64,000 nt of DNA from Syntrophales bacterium. Lineage in GTDB: Bacteria > Desulfobacterota > Syntrophia > Syntrophales > UBA8958. The stretch covers positions 130,403-194,402 of the forward strand of contig DAORXN010000001.1 of assembly GCA_035358955.1 (NCBI GenBank), given 5' to 3'. This document shows positions 26,595 to 35,904 of the stretch, piece by piece. Both the position numbers and the translations under genes were made by a program. Within the stretch, counting starts at the first letter, position 1. Every line of letters starts with the position of its first letter. Below the pieces are notes generated by a model that did not search any database, was not told the origin of the DNA, and worked only from the letters and a program-made list of their open reading frames with translations.

Positions 26595-29500
26595 TCAACC
26601 CTGGAAAAGGGTGTTGATCGTTTCCGTTAGGTGAGAAAGGATATCCCTTCCTCGGAGGTGGGGTGCCGGCAAGGTCAACACGTGATCTGGAGAAATGCGC
26701 GCCTTATGCCCAATTTTCTTAATCATAGAGATGATGCGCTGGGGATCGATGGAGGTAGAAGGGGAGAATTGCAGGATGAATTCCCGCCCGTTGTAGATGA
26801 GTTTGCGGACCTTCATGGCCTGCAGACGATTTCTGATCTTGATGATGGCAAAGAGGTTTTCCACTTCTGCGGGCATGCGTCCGTGGGAGTCAAGGAGTTC
26901 TGCCCTGATTTCCTCAAGCTCTTCGTCGGAATGGGCAACGGAAATTCGTTTGTAGTAAAGAAGACGGAAATGCTCATCGGGCATGTAATCATCGGGGATG
27001 AAAGCGGAAATTCCGAGGTTGATTTCAGGTCTCCAATCTTCTTCCGCCGTATAGCCACCCTTAATCTCTTTGATGGCCTGTTCCATGAGCTCCGTGTAGA
27101 GTTCGTATCCGATGGCCGATACGTGACCGGATTGGGCAAGCCCCAGGATGTTCCCCGCTCCTCGAATGTCCAGGTCACTGGCGGCGAGACGGAAGCCGGA
27201 ACCCGGTTCCGTGAGCTCCATGATCACCTGCAGTCTGCGAACGGCGTCCCGAGAAAGCATGGCGCCTTTGGGGATGAGGAGATAGGCATAGGCTTCTTCC
27301 TTGAATCGCCCCACCCGACCTCTGATTTGGTATAATTGGGCAAGGCCGAAACGGTCGGCGCGGTTGATGATGATGGTGTTGGCCGTGGGAATATCCAGGC
27401 CGGCACTGACAATGGACGTGCAAACCAGGACGTTGGCCTCTTGCTTCACGAAACGTACCATGGCCTCTTCGATTTCCCTGGGTTTGAGCTGGCCGTGAAC
27501 CACGGCAATTTTCGCCTCCGGGACGAGGCGTTCGAGGTAATGGGCCATCGTGTAAATAGACCTTACGCGGTCGTGAAGGAAGAAGGCCTGTCCGCCCCGG
27601 GCTAATTCCCTCCTGATGGCGTCGGCGATAATGGTATCGTTGAACTCCACCACGTAGGTCTTAATGGGCAAGCGATTCTCCGGGGGGGTGTTGATGACGG
27701 ACATATCCCTTAGGCCCACAAGGGCAAGGTGAAGCGTCCTCGGAATGGGCGTGGCGGTGAGGGTAAGGACATCCACCAGGGTGCGCAGTTTTTTGAGTTT
27801 TTCCTTGTCTTTGACGCCGAATCTCTGCTCTTCGTCTATAATGACGAGGCCCAGGTCTCTGAACTTGACGTCTTTCTGCAGGAGTCGGTGCGTTCCGATG
27901 ACAATGTCAACCTGACCGCTCTCTAAGGCCCGCAGGATTTCTTCCGTCTCGGCCCTGGACCTTAATCGGTTAAGAACTTCCACCCGAACGGGAAAATTTT
28001 TGAAGCGCTCCCGGAAGGTTTGGAAGTGCTGTTCGGCTAAAATAGTGGTGGGCACCAACATGGCCACTTGTCTTGCATCCATGACACATCTGAAGGCGGC
28101 GCGGAGGGCAACCTCCGTCTTGCCGAAACCGGCATCCCCGCATATGAGGCGATCCATGGGTTTGTCCTTGTTCATGTCCACGTGGACGTCTTCGATGGCC
28201 TGGGCCTGGTCTGGGGTTTCCTCATATGCGAAGAGGGCACAGAATTCTTCGTAGAGGCGATCGGTAGGAGAAAAGGGGCGCCTTTCCATCACGGTCCTGG
28301 CAGCGTAAATGGCCACCAGCTCCTCGGCTACTTTGTAAATGGATTCTTTGACCCGCGTTTTCAGATTTTCCCAGCTGGTTCCCCCCAGGCGGTCGATGCG
28401 CGGAACGTAATTTTCCGGCCCCAGGTAACGCTGTATCCTGTCCAGGCGGTCTACGGGCAGGTAGAGTTTATCCCCGGCCGCATACTCGAGGAGGAGGAAA
28501 TCGTTTTCTATGTCGTCGAATTTGATTTTCTCCAGGCCGCGGTAGATACCGATGCCGTGGTCTTTGTGGACAACGTAATCTCCCTCCTTCAATTCCCCGA
28601 AGGATCGCAAGAAGAACGATTCTCTGGGGGGACGGAATTTGTAGCGACGAGGGATTTTTTGGCCGAAGATATCCGATTCGCTGATTAGCACCACTTGGAA
28701 GGGCGGGTAAAAAAAGCCCCTGCTTAGCTTGCCTTCTACGAGAGAAATGGGGGGGAGGTGAACCCCGTTTAGGAGGATATCTATGAGGGATCGGTCTTCC
28801 GTTATCTCTTCCCCCCTGAACCCGTAATGGGCCAGAAGATGAGACATCCGTTTCTTTTCTTCTTCGCCGGAGCAAACGAAGATAATGCGGTTTTCTTCCT
28901 TAAGCCAGGTGGAGACACGCTCGGCGACCGGGGCGAAGAGACCCGCCTCTTCTCTTAAAGCATGGGTTTGTGGCCCAATCCCTAATTCTTTTGCCTCCGA
29001 GAAGGTGATGGATGGCCCTTCCATTTCGCCTAACCCCAGATTGTCCATAATGATTCGGGCCTTTTCTAACAATCGTGCTTGGGCTTCTTCACGGGCAAGG
29101 AACACTTCCCTTTCCTCGGGGTAGAATTTCCCTTCTTGTCGGGCCTGGTGGCACAAGCGATGGAAGGCGTTTTCGTGACCGGAGAGACCTTGGTCGATTT
29201 CTATCTGATCGTCCGTAATTACCACCGCGTCCTCGGGAAAGTATGAAAAGAGCGGATCTCGCTCCCTTGGGTCTTCATAGAAGAGGGAGAAGTACAAAGG
29301 GTTGACGGAAGAAACGAGATCACTCAAAATCTGTTCTTCCAGCCCTTCTTTTACTTTCCTTGATAGCCCAAGCTCGTTGGCCCTGATTTTCATCCGTCTC
29401 GCTGCTCGCTCCTGGGCTCGATCGTCGATGATGATTTCTCTAACCGGCAGCAGATGAAAGGCGCTCCGCTCGCCCTTGGAACGTTGCGTGTCGGGATCGA

Positions 29501-30116
29501 ATTCGCGCATGGATTCTATTTCGTCTCCGATAAACTCGAGGCGGATCCCGTTTTTTTCCGTGGGGGGAAAGATATCGATTATATGCCCGCGGACGCTGAA
29601 TTCTCCCGGAAAAGCCACAATGGCCGTGCGTACGTATCCTCCTTGTAGCAAGCGTCTTACAAGTTCCTCGCGGTCGACCGTATCCCCCAGCCGGTAGGTG
29701 CTAAGATAGTCGAGGAAGGTAACGGCCGGCATCGTGAGTTCACGGATGGATTCGGCGGGCAGGATGGTCACGATCGGTTCCGCGTTGAACAGGCGAAAGA
29801 GAATCCCTATCCTTTCCCTTTCCCTTTCGGGCCGAAAAGTGAACATGTCGGCGGAGACCGTCTCCCAGGATGGCCATGCATAGACGTGCTCACTGCCGAG
29901 AAAGAGAGCTACATCTTGGGCCACGATCCTCGCTTCCTTTTCTGAAGGGGTTACGAAGATCGTAGGTTTCCCCGTGTAGTGGAAAACGGCGGAAACGAGG
30001 AGGGCCTTGAGGGCCCCTTTTGCGCCCTTCACCCGCCACGTGTCTCGGGATTGAGACAGGTAATTTACGAGGCGGTGGATAGCTTCATCGGTCAAATTCA
30101 CATGTTTGTTTACCAT
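26595..30116 (-). CDS. mfd: transcription-repair coupling factor
   Basis: 1173 aa with UvrB-homology N-terminus, CarD/RID region, SF2 helicase motifs (GDAGFGKTEV, DEEQRFG) and TRCF C-terminal domain. Confidence 0.97.
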   Translation of the reverse strand: MVNKHVNLTDEAIHRLVNYLSQSRDTWRVKGAKGALKALLVSAVFHYTGKPTIFVTPSEKEARIVAQDVALFLGSEHVYAWPSWETVSADMFTFRPERERERIGILFRLFNAEPIVTILPAESIRELTMPAVTFLDYLSTYRLGDTVDREELVRRLLQGGYVRTAIVAFPGEFSVRGHIIDIFPPTEKNGIRLEFIGDEIESMREFDPDTQRSKGERSAFHLLPVREIIIDDRAQERAARRMKIRANELGLSRKVKEGLEEQILSDLVSSVNPLYFSLFYEDPRERDPLFSYFPEDAVVITDDQIEIDQGLSGHENAFHRLCHQARQEGKFYPEEREVFLAREEAQARLLEKARIIMDNLGLGEMEGPSITFSEAKELGIGPQTHALREEAGLFAPVAERVSTWLKEENRIIFVCSGEEEKKRMSHLLAHYGFRGEEITEDRSLIDILLNGVHLPPISLVEGKLSRGFFYPPFQVVLISESDIFGQKIPRRYKFRPPRESFFLRSFGELKEGDYVVHKDHGIGIYRGLEKIKFDDIENDFLLLEYAAGDKLYLPVDRLDRIQRYLGPENYVPRIDRLGGTSWENLKTRVKESIYKVAEELVAIYAARTVMERRPFSPTDRLYEEFCALFAYEETPDQAQAIEDVHVDMNKDKPMDRLICGDAGFGKTEVALRAAFRCVMDARQVAMLVPTTILAEQHFQTFRERFKNFPVRVEVLNRLRSRAETEEILRALESGQVDIVIGTHRLLQKDVKFRDLGLVIIDEEQRFGVKDKEKLKKLRTLVDVLTLTATPIPRTLHLALVGLRDMSVINTPPENRLPIKTYVVEFNDTIIADAIRRELARGGQAFFLHDRVRSIYTMAHYLERLVPEAKIAVVHGQLKPREIEEAMVRFVKQEANVLVCTSIVSAGLDIPTANTIIINRADRFGLAQLYQIRGRVGRFKEEAYAYLLIPKGAMLSRDAVRRLQVIMELTEPGSGFRLAASDLDIRGAGNILGLAQSGHVSAIGYELYTELMEQAIKEIKGGYTAEEDWRPEINLGISAFIPDDYMPDEHFRLLYYKRISVAHSDEELEEIRAELLDSHGRMPAEVENLFAIIKIRNRLQAMKVRKLIYNGREFILQFSPSTSIDPQRIISMIKKIGHKARISPDHVLTLPAPHLRGRDILSHLTETINTLFQG

Positions 30117-30211
30117 AAACGTAAACTTTTATATGAGGGCACCGGGGAATTCAAGCATAAAACTCTCCCTTCCCGATTGACAAGGTAAAATGGATGGGTT
30201 AGGACAATCAC

Positions 30212-31438
30212 ATGATTAGTGTGGAAGAAGCAAGGCAGAGGGTACTGGCGTCCTTTTCTCCCCTCGGAGGGGAGAAGGTAAGCCTTCTGGATGCCCTGGG
30301 ACGGGTGTTGGCGGAAGACATCTATGCCCGCCGCCCTTTACCTCCCCTGGACAACTCGGCGATGGATGGGTTTGCCGTCCGGTCAGAGGATACGGCCCAG
30401 GCCTCGGGCAATAATCCCATCGTGCTCAGGGTCGTGGGCGATATCCCCGCGGGGACGATTTCCCGACGACCCCTGAATAGGGGGGAGGCGATGCGGATCA
30501 TGACCGGAGCCCCCCTGCCAGTCGGGGCCGATGCCATCATTAGGAAAGAAGACGTGGAGGAGAGGGAAGGTGATATCGTGGTGCGTAAACCCACTCCGCC
30601 CGGTTTCGATGTCCGAAGGAAGGGCGAGGATGTCGAGGGGGGGAGTTTGGTTATTCCTCGGGGGACGGTGATGCGACCGGCAGAAATTGCCATGTGCGCC
30701 GCCGTGGGTCGCTCCTTTATCTCCGTTCACCAGCGTCCGCGTGTCACCATTATCTCGACGGGAAGTGAACTGGCTGAAATCGATGGGGAAGTGCCACCGG
30801 AAAAGATTATCAACAGTAACGGCTATGCCCTCGCAGCCAGCGTAAAGGCCTGCGGGGCCATACCGGTTATCTTGGGCATCGTACCCGACGAGCGCGCGGC
30901 CCTCGAACAGGTATTTCGCGCCGCCACGCGGGCGGAGGTAATCATTTCATCGGGGGGGGTATCCGTCGGAGATTACGACCTGGTCAAGGACATCATGCAG
31001 GAGGTGGGAAACGAGATGAAATTCTGGCGGGTGGCCATGCGCCCCGGTCGTCCCCTGGCCTTCGGCACCATCAACGGCGTGCCTCTCTTTGGATTGCCGG
31101 GGAACCCCGTATCATCTGCCGTTTCCTTTGAACAGTTCGTTCGCCCTGCTCTTCTTAAGATGATGGGTTTCAAGCACCTTTTGCGCCCCACGATGCGAGC
31201 CATCTTGGAGGAAGATATTGAAAAAAGCCGCGGGCTCACGTATTTTATCCGCGGTATGATGAGAAAAGAGGGGGAGCGAAATTTCGTAAAAACCACGGGT
31301 GGGCAAGGTTCTGGTATCATTACCTCGCTGGTAAAGGCCAATGTGATCATCGTGCTTCCGGAAGAAAAAGAGATAGTGAAAAAGGGAGAAGAAGTGGTAG
31401 TTCAGCCCCTCATGGAGGAGGGCCTTTTTATGGCATAA
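30212..31438 (+). CDS. moeA: molybdopterin molybdenumtransferase
   Basis: 408 aa. SAMDGFAV, STGSEL, SGGVSVGDYD and GLPGNPVS motifs are typical of MoeA. Confidence 0.93.
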   Translation: MISVEEARQRVLASFSPLGGEKVSLLDALGRVLAEDIYARRPLPPLDNSAMDGFAVRSEDTAQASGNNPIVLRVVGDIPAGTISRRPLNRGEAMRIMTGAPLPVGADAIIRKEDVEEREGDIVVRKPTPPGFDVRRKGEDVEGGSLVIPRGTVMRPAEIAMCAAVGRSFISVHQRPRVTIISTGSELAEIDGEVPPEKIINSNGYALAASVKACGAIPVILGIVPDERAALEQVFRAATRAEVIISSGGVSVGDYDLVKDIMQEVGNEMKFWRVAMRPGRPLAFGTINGVPLFGLPGNPVSSAVSFEQFVRPALLKMMGFKHLLRPTMRAILEEDIEKSRGLTYFIRGMMRKEGERNFVKTTGGQGSGIITSLVKANVIIVLPEEKEIVKKGEEVVVQPLMEEGLFMA

Positions 31439-31446
31439 ATTTAGGT

Positions 31447-31544
31447 GGAAGTGCCAAGGTCACTGGTGGGCCTCCCGGACTTCAAATCCGGTGTGGGGTG
31501 CTAAAACCGCCCCGGGTGGGTTCGATTCCCATGCACTTCCGCCA
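31447..31544 (+). tRNA. selC: tRNA-Sec (anticodon UCA), CCA encoded
   Basis: 98 nt. 8-bp acceptor stem GGAAGTGC/GCACTTCC, anticodon loop CUUCAAA, 6-bp variable arm, T-loop GGTTCGATT. Starts 8 nt after the moeA stop. Confidence 0.9.
31493..31534 (+). repeat. direct repeat copy 1 (inside tRNA-Sec: variable arm, T arm, first 2 nt of the acceptor 3' strand)
   Basis: 42 nt matching 32317-32358 at 39/42 positions. The last 28 nt (CCGCCCCGGGTGGGTTCGATTCCCATGC) are identical. Confidence 0.9.
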
Positions 31545-31749
31545 TCATAAAAAAAGGGGGGGTAGCCATTTTTTAGCTAATCCTTTTTCTTTTTTATCGG
31601 CGGTTGGATTTGCGTCTTGGTTAACACTTTTCAAATCACCTTCCCTCGCTTTTCCGGCGTGTTCTTTCCCGAGTCTTTTCGGGATCTACATAAGGCGCAC
31701 CCTCTCCACCAGCCGGTGCGGCCCGATCGGTGGCCTTACGTCCGGGATT

Positions 31750-32244
31750 TTATTTAGCCGGGCAGCGGTTTACGCACGAGGTGATCATTTGTAAAAAGTT
31801 TTGGCAATCAATCTTCATCATGGCATCATTCGTCTTTTGCGCCTGTTCGCATATATTATTGCAGCGTGCCTGTCCGGATGCGCACTTCTCGACGCAGGCC
31901 TTGCGGGCGAAAGACATCTTCTCCTCACCCACCTTGCCGACGAAAGTAGCCTTGGACTTATCAGGTACCGGAGGCGGATGCACAGTCGATTTCCCTGGTG
32001 TCAGAACGGGTGGCTTCGTAGGGGCCGGTATAGTAGCCGCTTCTGATGGCGGCCGAAAGACCGTCGGAGGAGTCGGGGGAGCCTGGGCCGGCTTCGTAGG
32101 AGCTGGTTTGGCGCCTTTACCTAAGATGAGTTCCTTAAGCTTTTCCGCTTGTTGATCGTCTGTTGCTTTCCCATCGCTTTGCGCCAGAGTCGGACTGGCC
32201 GCAAGTGCCACCAAAAATTGAAAGCCGAATTTCGGGGAGCAAAT
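31750..32244 (-). CDS. secreted proline-rich protein with cysteine-rich C-terminal domain (hypothetical)
   Basis: Long ORF with a Pro/Thr/Lys-rich middle and 7 Cys in the last 55 aa. The 5' end is uncertain. No ATG is available. An in-frame ATT at 32244 has an AAGGTGA SD and yields a normal signal peptide (MCSPKFGFQFLVALAASPTLA|Q). The ORF-track TTG 32214 has no SD. Confidence 0.5.
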   Translation of the reverse strand: MCSPKFGFQFLVALAASPTLAQSDGKATDDQQAEKLKELILGKGAKPAPTKPAQAPPTPPTVFRPPSEAATIPAPTKPPVLTPGKSTVHPPPVPDKSKATFVGKVGEEKMSFARKACVEKCASGQARCNNICEQAQKTNDAMMKIDCQNFLQMITSCVNRCPAK

Positions 32245-32316
32245 GGCTTCACCTTAATGCAAGGTGCCACCAGAAGGGTCGCTCGACATCCATTCTTTTC
32301 CCCAAATGAGAAAAGG

Positions 32317-32358
32317 GTGGGGCGCTCAAGCCGCCCCGGGTGGGTTCGATTCCCATGC
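32317..32358 (+). repeat. direct repeat copy 2 (partial tRNA-Sec pseudo-copy)
   Basis: GTGGGGCGCTCAAGCCGCCCCGGGTGGGTTCGATTCCCATGC. It lacks the acceptor 3' strand, CCA and the whole 5' half, so it is not a functional tRNA. Confidence 0.9.
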
Positions 32359-32446
32359 CCATTTTTATTTTCGAAGGTTGAGAAAAAAACCCCATCGGTT
32401 ATATAAGTTTAGCAGGGTGCAAGATTTGCCTTAGGGAGGTCTTTGG

Positions 32447-33367
32447 GTGAGGGGGGCTTCGTATTTGACACTTCATCGAACGGGGGAATTGAAACGAAGA
32501 GGTGAAAGACTATGGCAAATGATGGAGGCCTGTGAACTCTGTTTCCGGAGGTGCAAGGCCAAGAGGTTATCGGGGGAAAGGGGATTTTGCGGCGCCAATG
32601 CCCGACTGGAAATCTCCGCCTATCATCCTCATTTCGGAGAGGAAAGGCCTCTGGTGGGGAAAGGGGGTTCGGGGACGATTTTCCTCACCCATTGCAACCT
32701 TCGTTGCGTGTTTTGCTTGAACGGGGAGATCAGTCAGGGGGGGAAGGGCAAGGTTTTCACCATTGAGGACATGGCGCGCATGATGATAGATTTGCAGCGC
32801 CAGGGGTGTGTGAATATCAATTTCGTAACCCCCACCCATTATGTCCCGCACATCGTTCTGGCCGTGGATGAAGCGGCCCGTCTGGGCCTTTGCCTGCCAA
32901 TCGTCTACAACACCTGTGGGTGGGAACGCCGGGAAGTGTTGAAGCTGCTCGACGGTATCGTAGACATTTATCTACCCGATATGAAGTACGCGGAAGGCGA
33001 GAAGGCAGCCCGTTACTCCGCCGGCGCCCGTACATATCCGGAAGAAACGAAGGAAGCCATATGGGAGATGCACCGTCAGGTAGGGGTGGCGAAGCCGGAG
33101 CCGGATGGGCTCATTTATCGAGGGCTCATGATAAGGCACCTCGTGATGCCGAACGACGTTTCGGGTAGCACCGAGGTATTGGATTGGATTGCCTCTCATC
33201 TGCCCCAGGATACTTATGTAAACATCATGTCCCAGTATATGCCCCTTCACCGGGCAAGGGAATTTCCGGAGATATCCCGTCGCATTACCCGCGAAGAGTA
33301 TGACCTGGTGGTTCGTCATGCCGGGAAACTGGGCCTGACCAATCTCGAGATTCAGGGTTTAAGATAG
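32447..33367 (+). CDS. radical SAM protein, PflX-like (putative glycyl-radical enzyme activase family)
   Basis: CNLRCVFC (CxxxCxxC) cluster and an N-terminal CELCFRRC motif. GTG start with GGGAGG SD. Confidence 0.85.
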   Translation: MRGASYLTLHRTGELKRRGERLWQMMEACELCFRRCKAKRLSGERGFCGANARLEISAYHPHFGEERPLVGKGGSGTIFLTHCNLRCVFCLNGEISQGGKGKVFTIEDMARMMIDLQRQGCVNINFVTPTHYVPHIVLAVDEAARLGLCLPIVYNTCGWERREVLKLLDGIVDIYLPDMKYAEGEKAARYSAGARTYPEETKEAIWEMHRQVGVAKPEPDGLIYRGLMIRHLVMPNDVSGSTEVLDWIASHLPQDTYVNIMSQYMPLHRAREFPEISRRITREEYDLVVRHAGKLGLTNLEIQGLR

Positions 33368-33368
33368 A

Positions 33369-35789
33369 TCACTGAAGGGCGTTTTTTACCGCTTGTCCCA
33401 GGGATTCGATGGTAAACGGTTTACCTAAGAACCCTTTCACCCCCAATAGACGCGCCTGTTTTACCCGTTCCGTTTCTGAGTATCCGCTTACTATTATGGC
33501 CCGCTGAGAGGGATTCACTTCCCTGATCTTTTCAAACGTCGTAAGACCGTCCCAGGGGCCTTCGAGAATCATGTCCAAAATGACAAGATCCACAGGGTTT
33601 TTTTTGATGAATTCCACCGCATCCAAACCATTGCTTACGGCTTGGGCCTCATATCCTAAGCGTTTCAGCACTTCCACCCCGAGGGTCCGCTGCTCGGGTA
33701 CGTCGTCGACGATGAGGATCTTCTCTCCGTTTCCCTGGATGCGATCTCTCGCGGATACTTCTTCACTTTTTGTTTCCCTTTCTTCCGTGGTCGGGAAGTG
33801 GAGGATGAAGGTGGTTCCTTCCCCCTCTTTGCTTTTCACCTCAATGTAACCATCATGGTCCTGCATAGTCCACCAGACCACCGAAAGACCCAAGCCCGTT
33901 CCGCTTTTTCCCAATTTTTTCTTCGAATAGAAGGGTTCATATATTCTTTCCAGGTCCGCTTCCGGTATGCCTCGGCCCGTGTCCGCGATGGAAAGGGTAA
34001 CGAAGTTTGCTGCCTGCGGGTCGTTTTCCGTCCGAATCGTTATCTTTCCTGATTTATCTATGCTCTCTACGGCATTAAGGATGAGGTTCATGATGGCCTT
34101 GTTTACATGAAAGGGGGAGGCTTTGATGTTCTTAAGATGGGGGGACAGGTCAAGGACGAATTCGATTTCAGGATGTTCGTCAATAATGTGTTTCCCCTCC
34201 GGGGCATCGAAGAAATCATGAATCGTCGTATTTAAGTTGATAACCTCTTTGACCGCGACTGCCCTCCGGGTAAGGGTAAGTAAATCTTGGACAATGGCCG
34301 ATCCCCGCAGGCTGGCCTTTAGTATTTTCTCTACGAATTGGCGATTTTCATCTCCTTCCCGCATCAGGGTACAGAGCAGCTCCGCATTTCCCACCAGCAC
34401 TCCCAGTACATTGTTTAGATCGTGAGCTACACCCCCCGCGAGGGTCCCGATGAGTTCCATTTTCTCGGCTTGATGGAGCCTTTCCTGAAGCCGCCTACTT
34501 TCCTCCTCCATGAGTTTTCGCTCGGTGATATCATTTCCGATACAGAGGATTTCTTTGAGATCTCCTTTTTCGTCGTAGATGGGCCTGTTGGTCCAGGCTA
34601 CCCATACCCTGGAGCCATCTTTCTTTATATTTTCATTGATATTGCTCGTGTATTTTTCCGGATGCCGGGAGATATCAGCGATCATTGCCCGCAGATCTTG
34701 CCCCGCGGAATCCTGTTCTGGTACGATGGTTCCTATGACGTGCCGGCCGAGGATCTCTTTTTCCGTGTAACCGAAGAATTTTTGAGCATATTTGTTGAAA
34801 AAGGTTATACAACCTTCCCGATCCCTTCTCATGATGATGCTGTTTGCGTTTTCCACAAGTTCTCGATATTTTTCTTCACTTTCGCGTAGTTTTTTCAAAG
34901 AGGCTTCGAGTTCGTGTGTTTTGACCCGAACGCGGTGGTTCATGATGAAGATGAAGGAAATTAAAATCAGGAAGGCCCCGCCGATGATCGCCAGAATGAT
35001 CGGGACGTATTGCCGATGGGAGGAGATAAAGAGGGAAAGGACGGTTTGCCCCTTCCATCTTCTCTCAATGGTCCTGTATTCCGCCGGCGTTATGCTTGAG
35101 AAACCGTCTTCTATTAATTTCAACATTTCTGATTGGCCTTTCCTGACGGCTCGGTGGAATTGTCCCGTGTACATGGTAAAAGCTTGCTTGAAGGCATCTT
35201 CTAAATTCATCTTAATTAGGTAATAGTGCGCGCAAGGTTCGTCGACGGAAAAGACCTTTATTTTTCCATTCTTGGCTGCCTTTAATATTTCTTCGTAACT
35301 GTTGAATGTTTGGATGGTGGTGATGCCGTTTTTCTTGAGGAATTCGATGCAGGCATCTCCGGCCTTGACCCCCACGGTAAATCCTTGCAGGGAATGAACG
35401 TTATCTATCCCGCTCAAGGTTTTGTGGTGAAAGACGGGTACGGGTATCTCTACGTAAGGTCGGGTAAAATCTAAATACTGGGCGCGCTCTTCCGTGAAAA
35501 AGATGGTATCTATCACATCGGCCTTGTTTTCTCTGATTTCCATTAGTGCCTTTTCCCAGTCCATGCCTTTGACGGTAACTGCGACACCTGTCTTTTGGGA
35601 CCACAGTTGCCACTGATCGATGAGGATGCCCTGTAGGTCTCCCTTGGCATTTCTGAAGGAATAAGGGGGGTAATTGTCATCTATAACCACGGTTATTTGC
35701 CTCATCTCGGCGGCCGAGGCAGAGAGAAAGCTCAAGGCTCCGAAAAGGCACAGGATGAAGATTGCCAGGCAGTTTTTCCCTTTGGGCAT
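33369..35789 (-). CDS. hybrid sensor histidine kinase (periplasmic solute-binding domain, TM, PAS, HisKA, HATPase, receiver)
   Basis: N-terminal SBP_bac_3-like domain, H-box GGVAHDLNN, N/G boxes (NAVES, DTGRGI, GTGLGLS) and C-terminal receiver (ILIVDD...DLVILD...K). Start is either ATG 35789 or TTG 35828. Confidence 0.88.
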   Translation of the reverse strand: MPKGKNCLAIFILCLFGALSFLSASAAEMRQITVVIDDNYPPYSFRNAKGDLQGILIDQWQLWSQKTGVAVTVKGMDWEKALMEIRENKADVIDTIFFTEERAQYLDFTRPYVEIPVPVFHHKTLSGIDNVHSLQGFTVGVKAGDACIEFLKKNGITTIQTFNSYEEILKAAKNGKIKVFSVDEPCAHYYLIKMNLEDAFKQAFTMYTGQFHRAVRKGQSEMLKLIEDGFSSITPAEYRTIERRWKGQTVLSLFISSHRQYVPIILAIIGGAFLILISFIFIMNHRVRVKTHELEASLKKLRESEEKYRELVENANSIIMRRDREGCITFFNKYAQKFFGYTEKEILGRHVIGTIVPEQDSAGQDLRAMIADISRHPEKYTSNINENIKKDGSRVWVAWTNRPIYDEKGDLKEILCIGNDITERKLMEEESRRLQERLHQAEKMELIGTLAGGVAHDLNNVLGVLVGNAELLCTLMREGDENRQFVEKILKASLRGSAIVQDLLTLTRRAVAVKEVINLNTTIHDFFDAPEGKHIIDEHPEIEFVLDLSPHLKNIKASPFHVNKAIMNLILNAVESIDKSGKITIRTENDPQAANFVTLSIADTGRGIPEADLERIYEPFYSKKKLGKSGTGLGLSVVWWTMQDHDGYIEVKSKEGEGTTFILHFPTTEERETKSEEVSARDRIQGNGEKILIVDDVPEQRTLGVEVLKRLGYEAQAVSNGLDAVEFIKKNPVDLVILDMILEGPWDGLTTFEKIREVNPSQRAIIVSGYSETERVKQARLLGVKGFLGKPFTIESLGQAVKNALQ

Positions 35790-35904
35790 GATAGTAGTGA
35801 TTTTAAATCTATTTACCGGCAATGGCAAAGAAAAAAAGGTTGAGAGTTGACAAGGGGGGGCTTATGTGTTTTAAGGCATAAAAAATTAAAAGGAGGTGCT
35901 TTGC

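Larger units (their letters stand above)
31545..32358. mobile_element. possible remnant of a selC-targeted integrated element (about 0.8 kb, no integrase)
   Basis: Bounded by intact selC and a partial selC 3' copy. AT-richer flanks with an A7G7 tract at the selC junction. One non-housekeeping gene inside. Confidence 0.4.

Noticed and set aside
31498-31794. Plus-strand ORFs 31498-31794 and 32149-32406 at the selC locus.
   Set aside because: The first starts inside tRNA-Sec and the second reads through the partial tRNA copy. Neither has an SD or recognisable features.
32240-32364. Considered whether the partial selC copy is part of a second, complete tRNA-like gene. AAATGGC at 32241 could pair with GCCCATTT at 32357.
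   Set aside because: The span would be about 124 nt, with no D-arm or anticodon-arm equivalent, and the upstream similarity to selC is only scattered pentamers. I treat it as a 3' fragment only.
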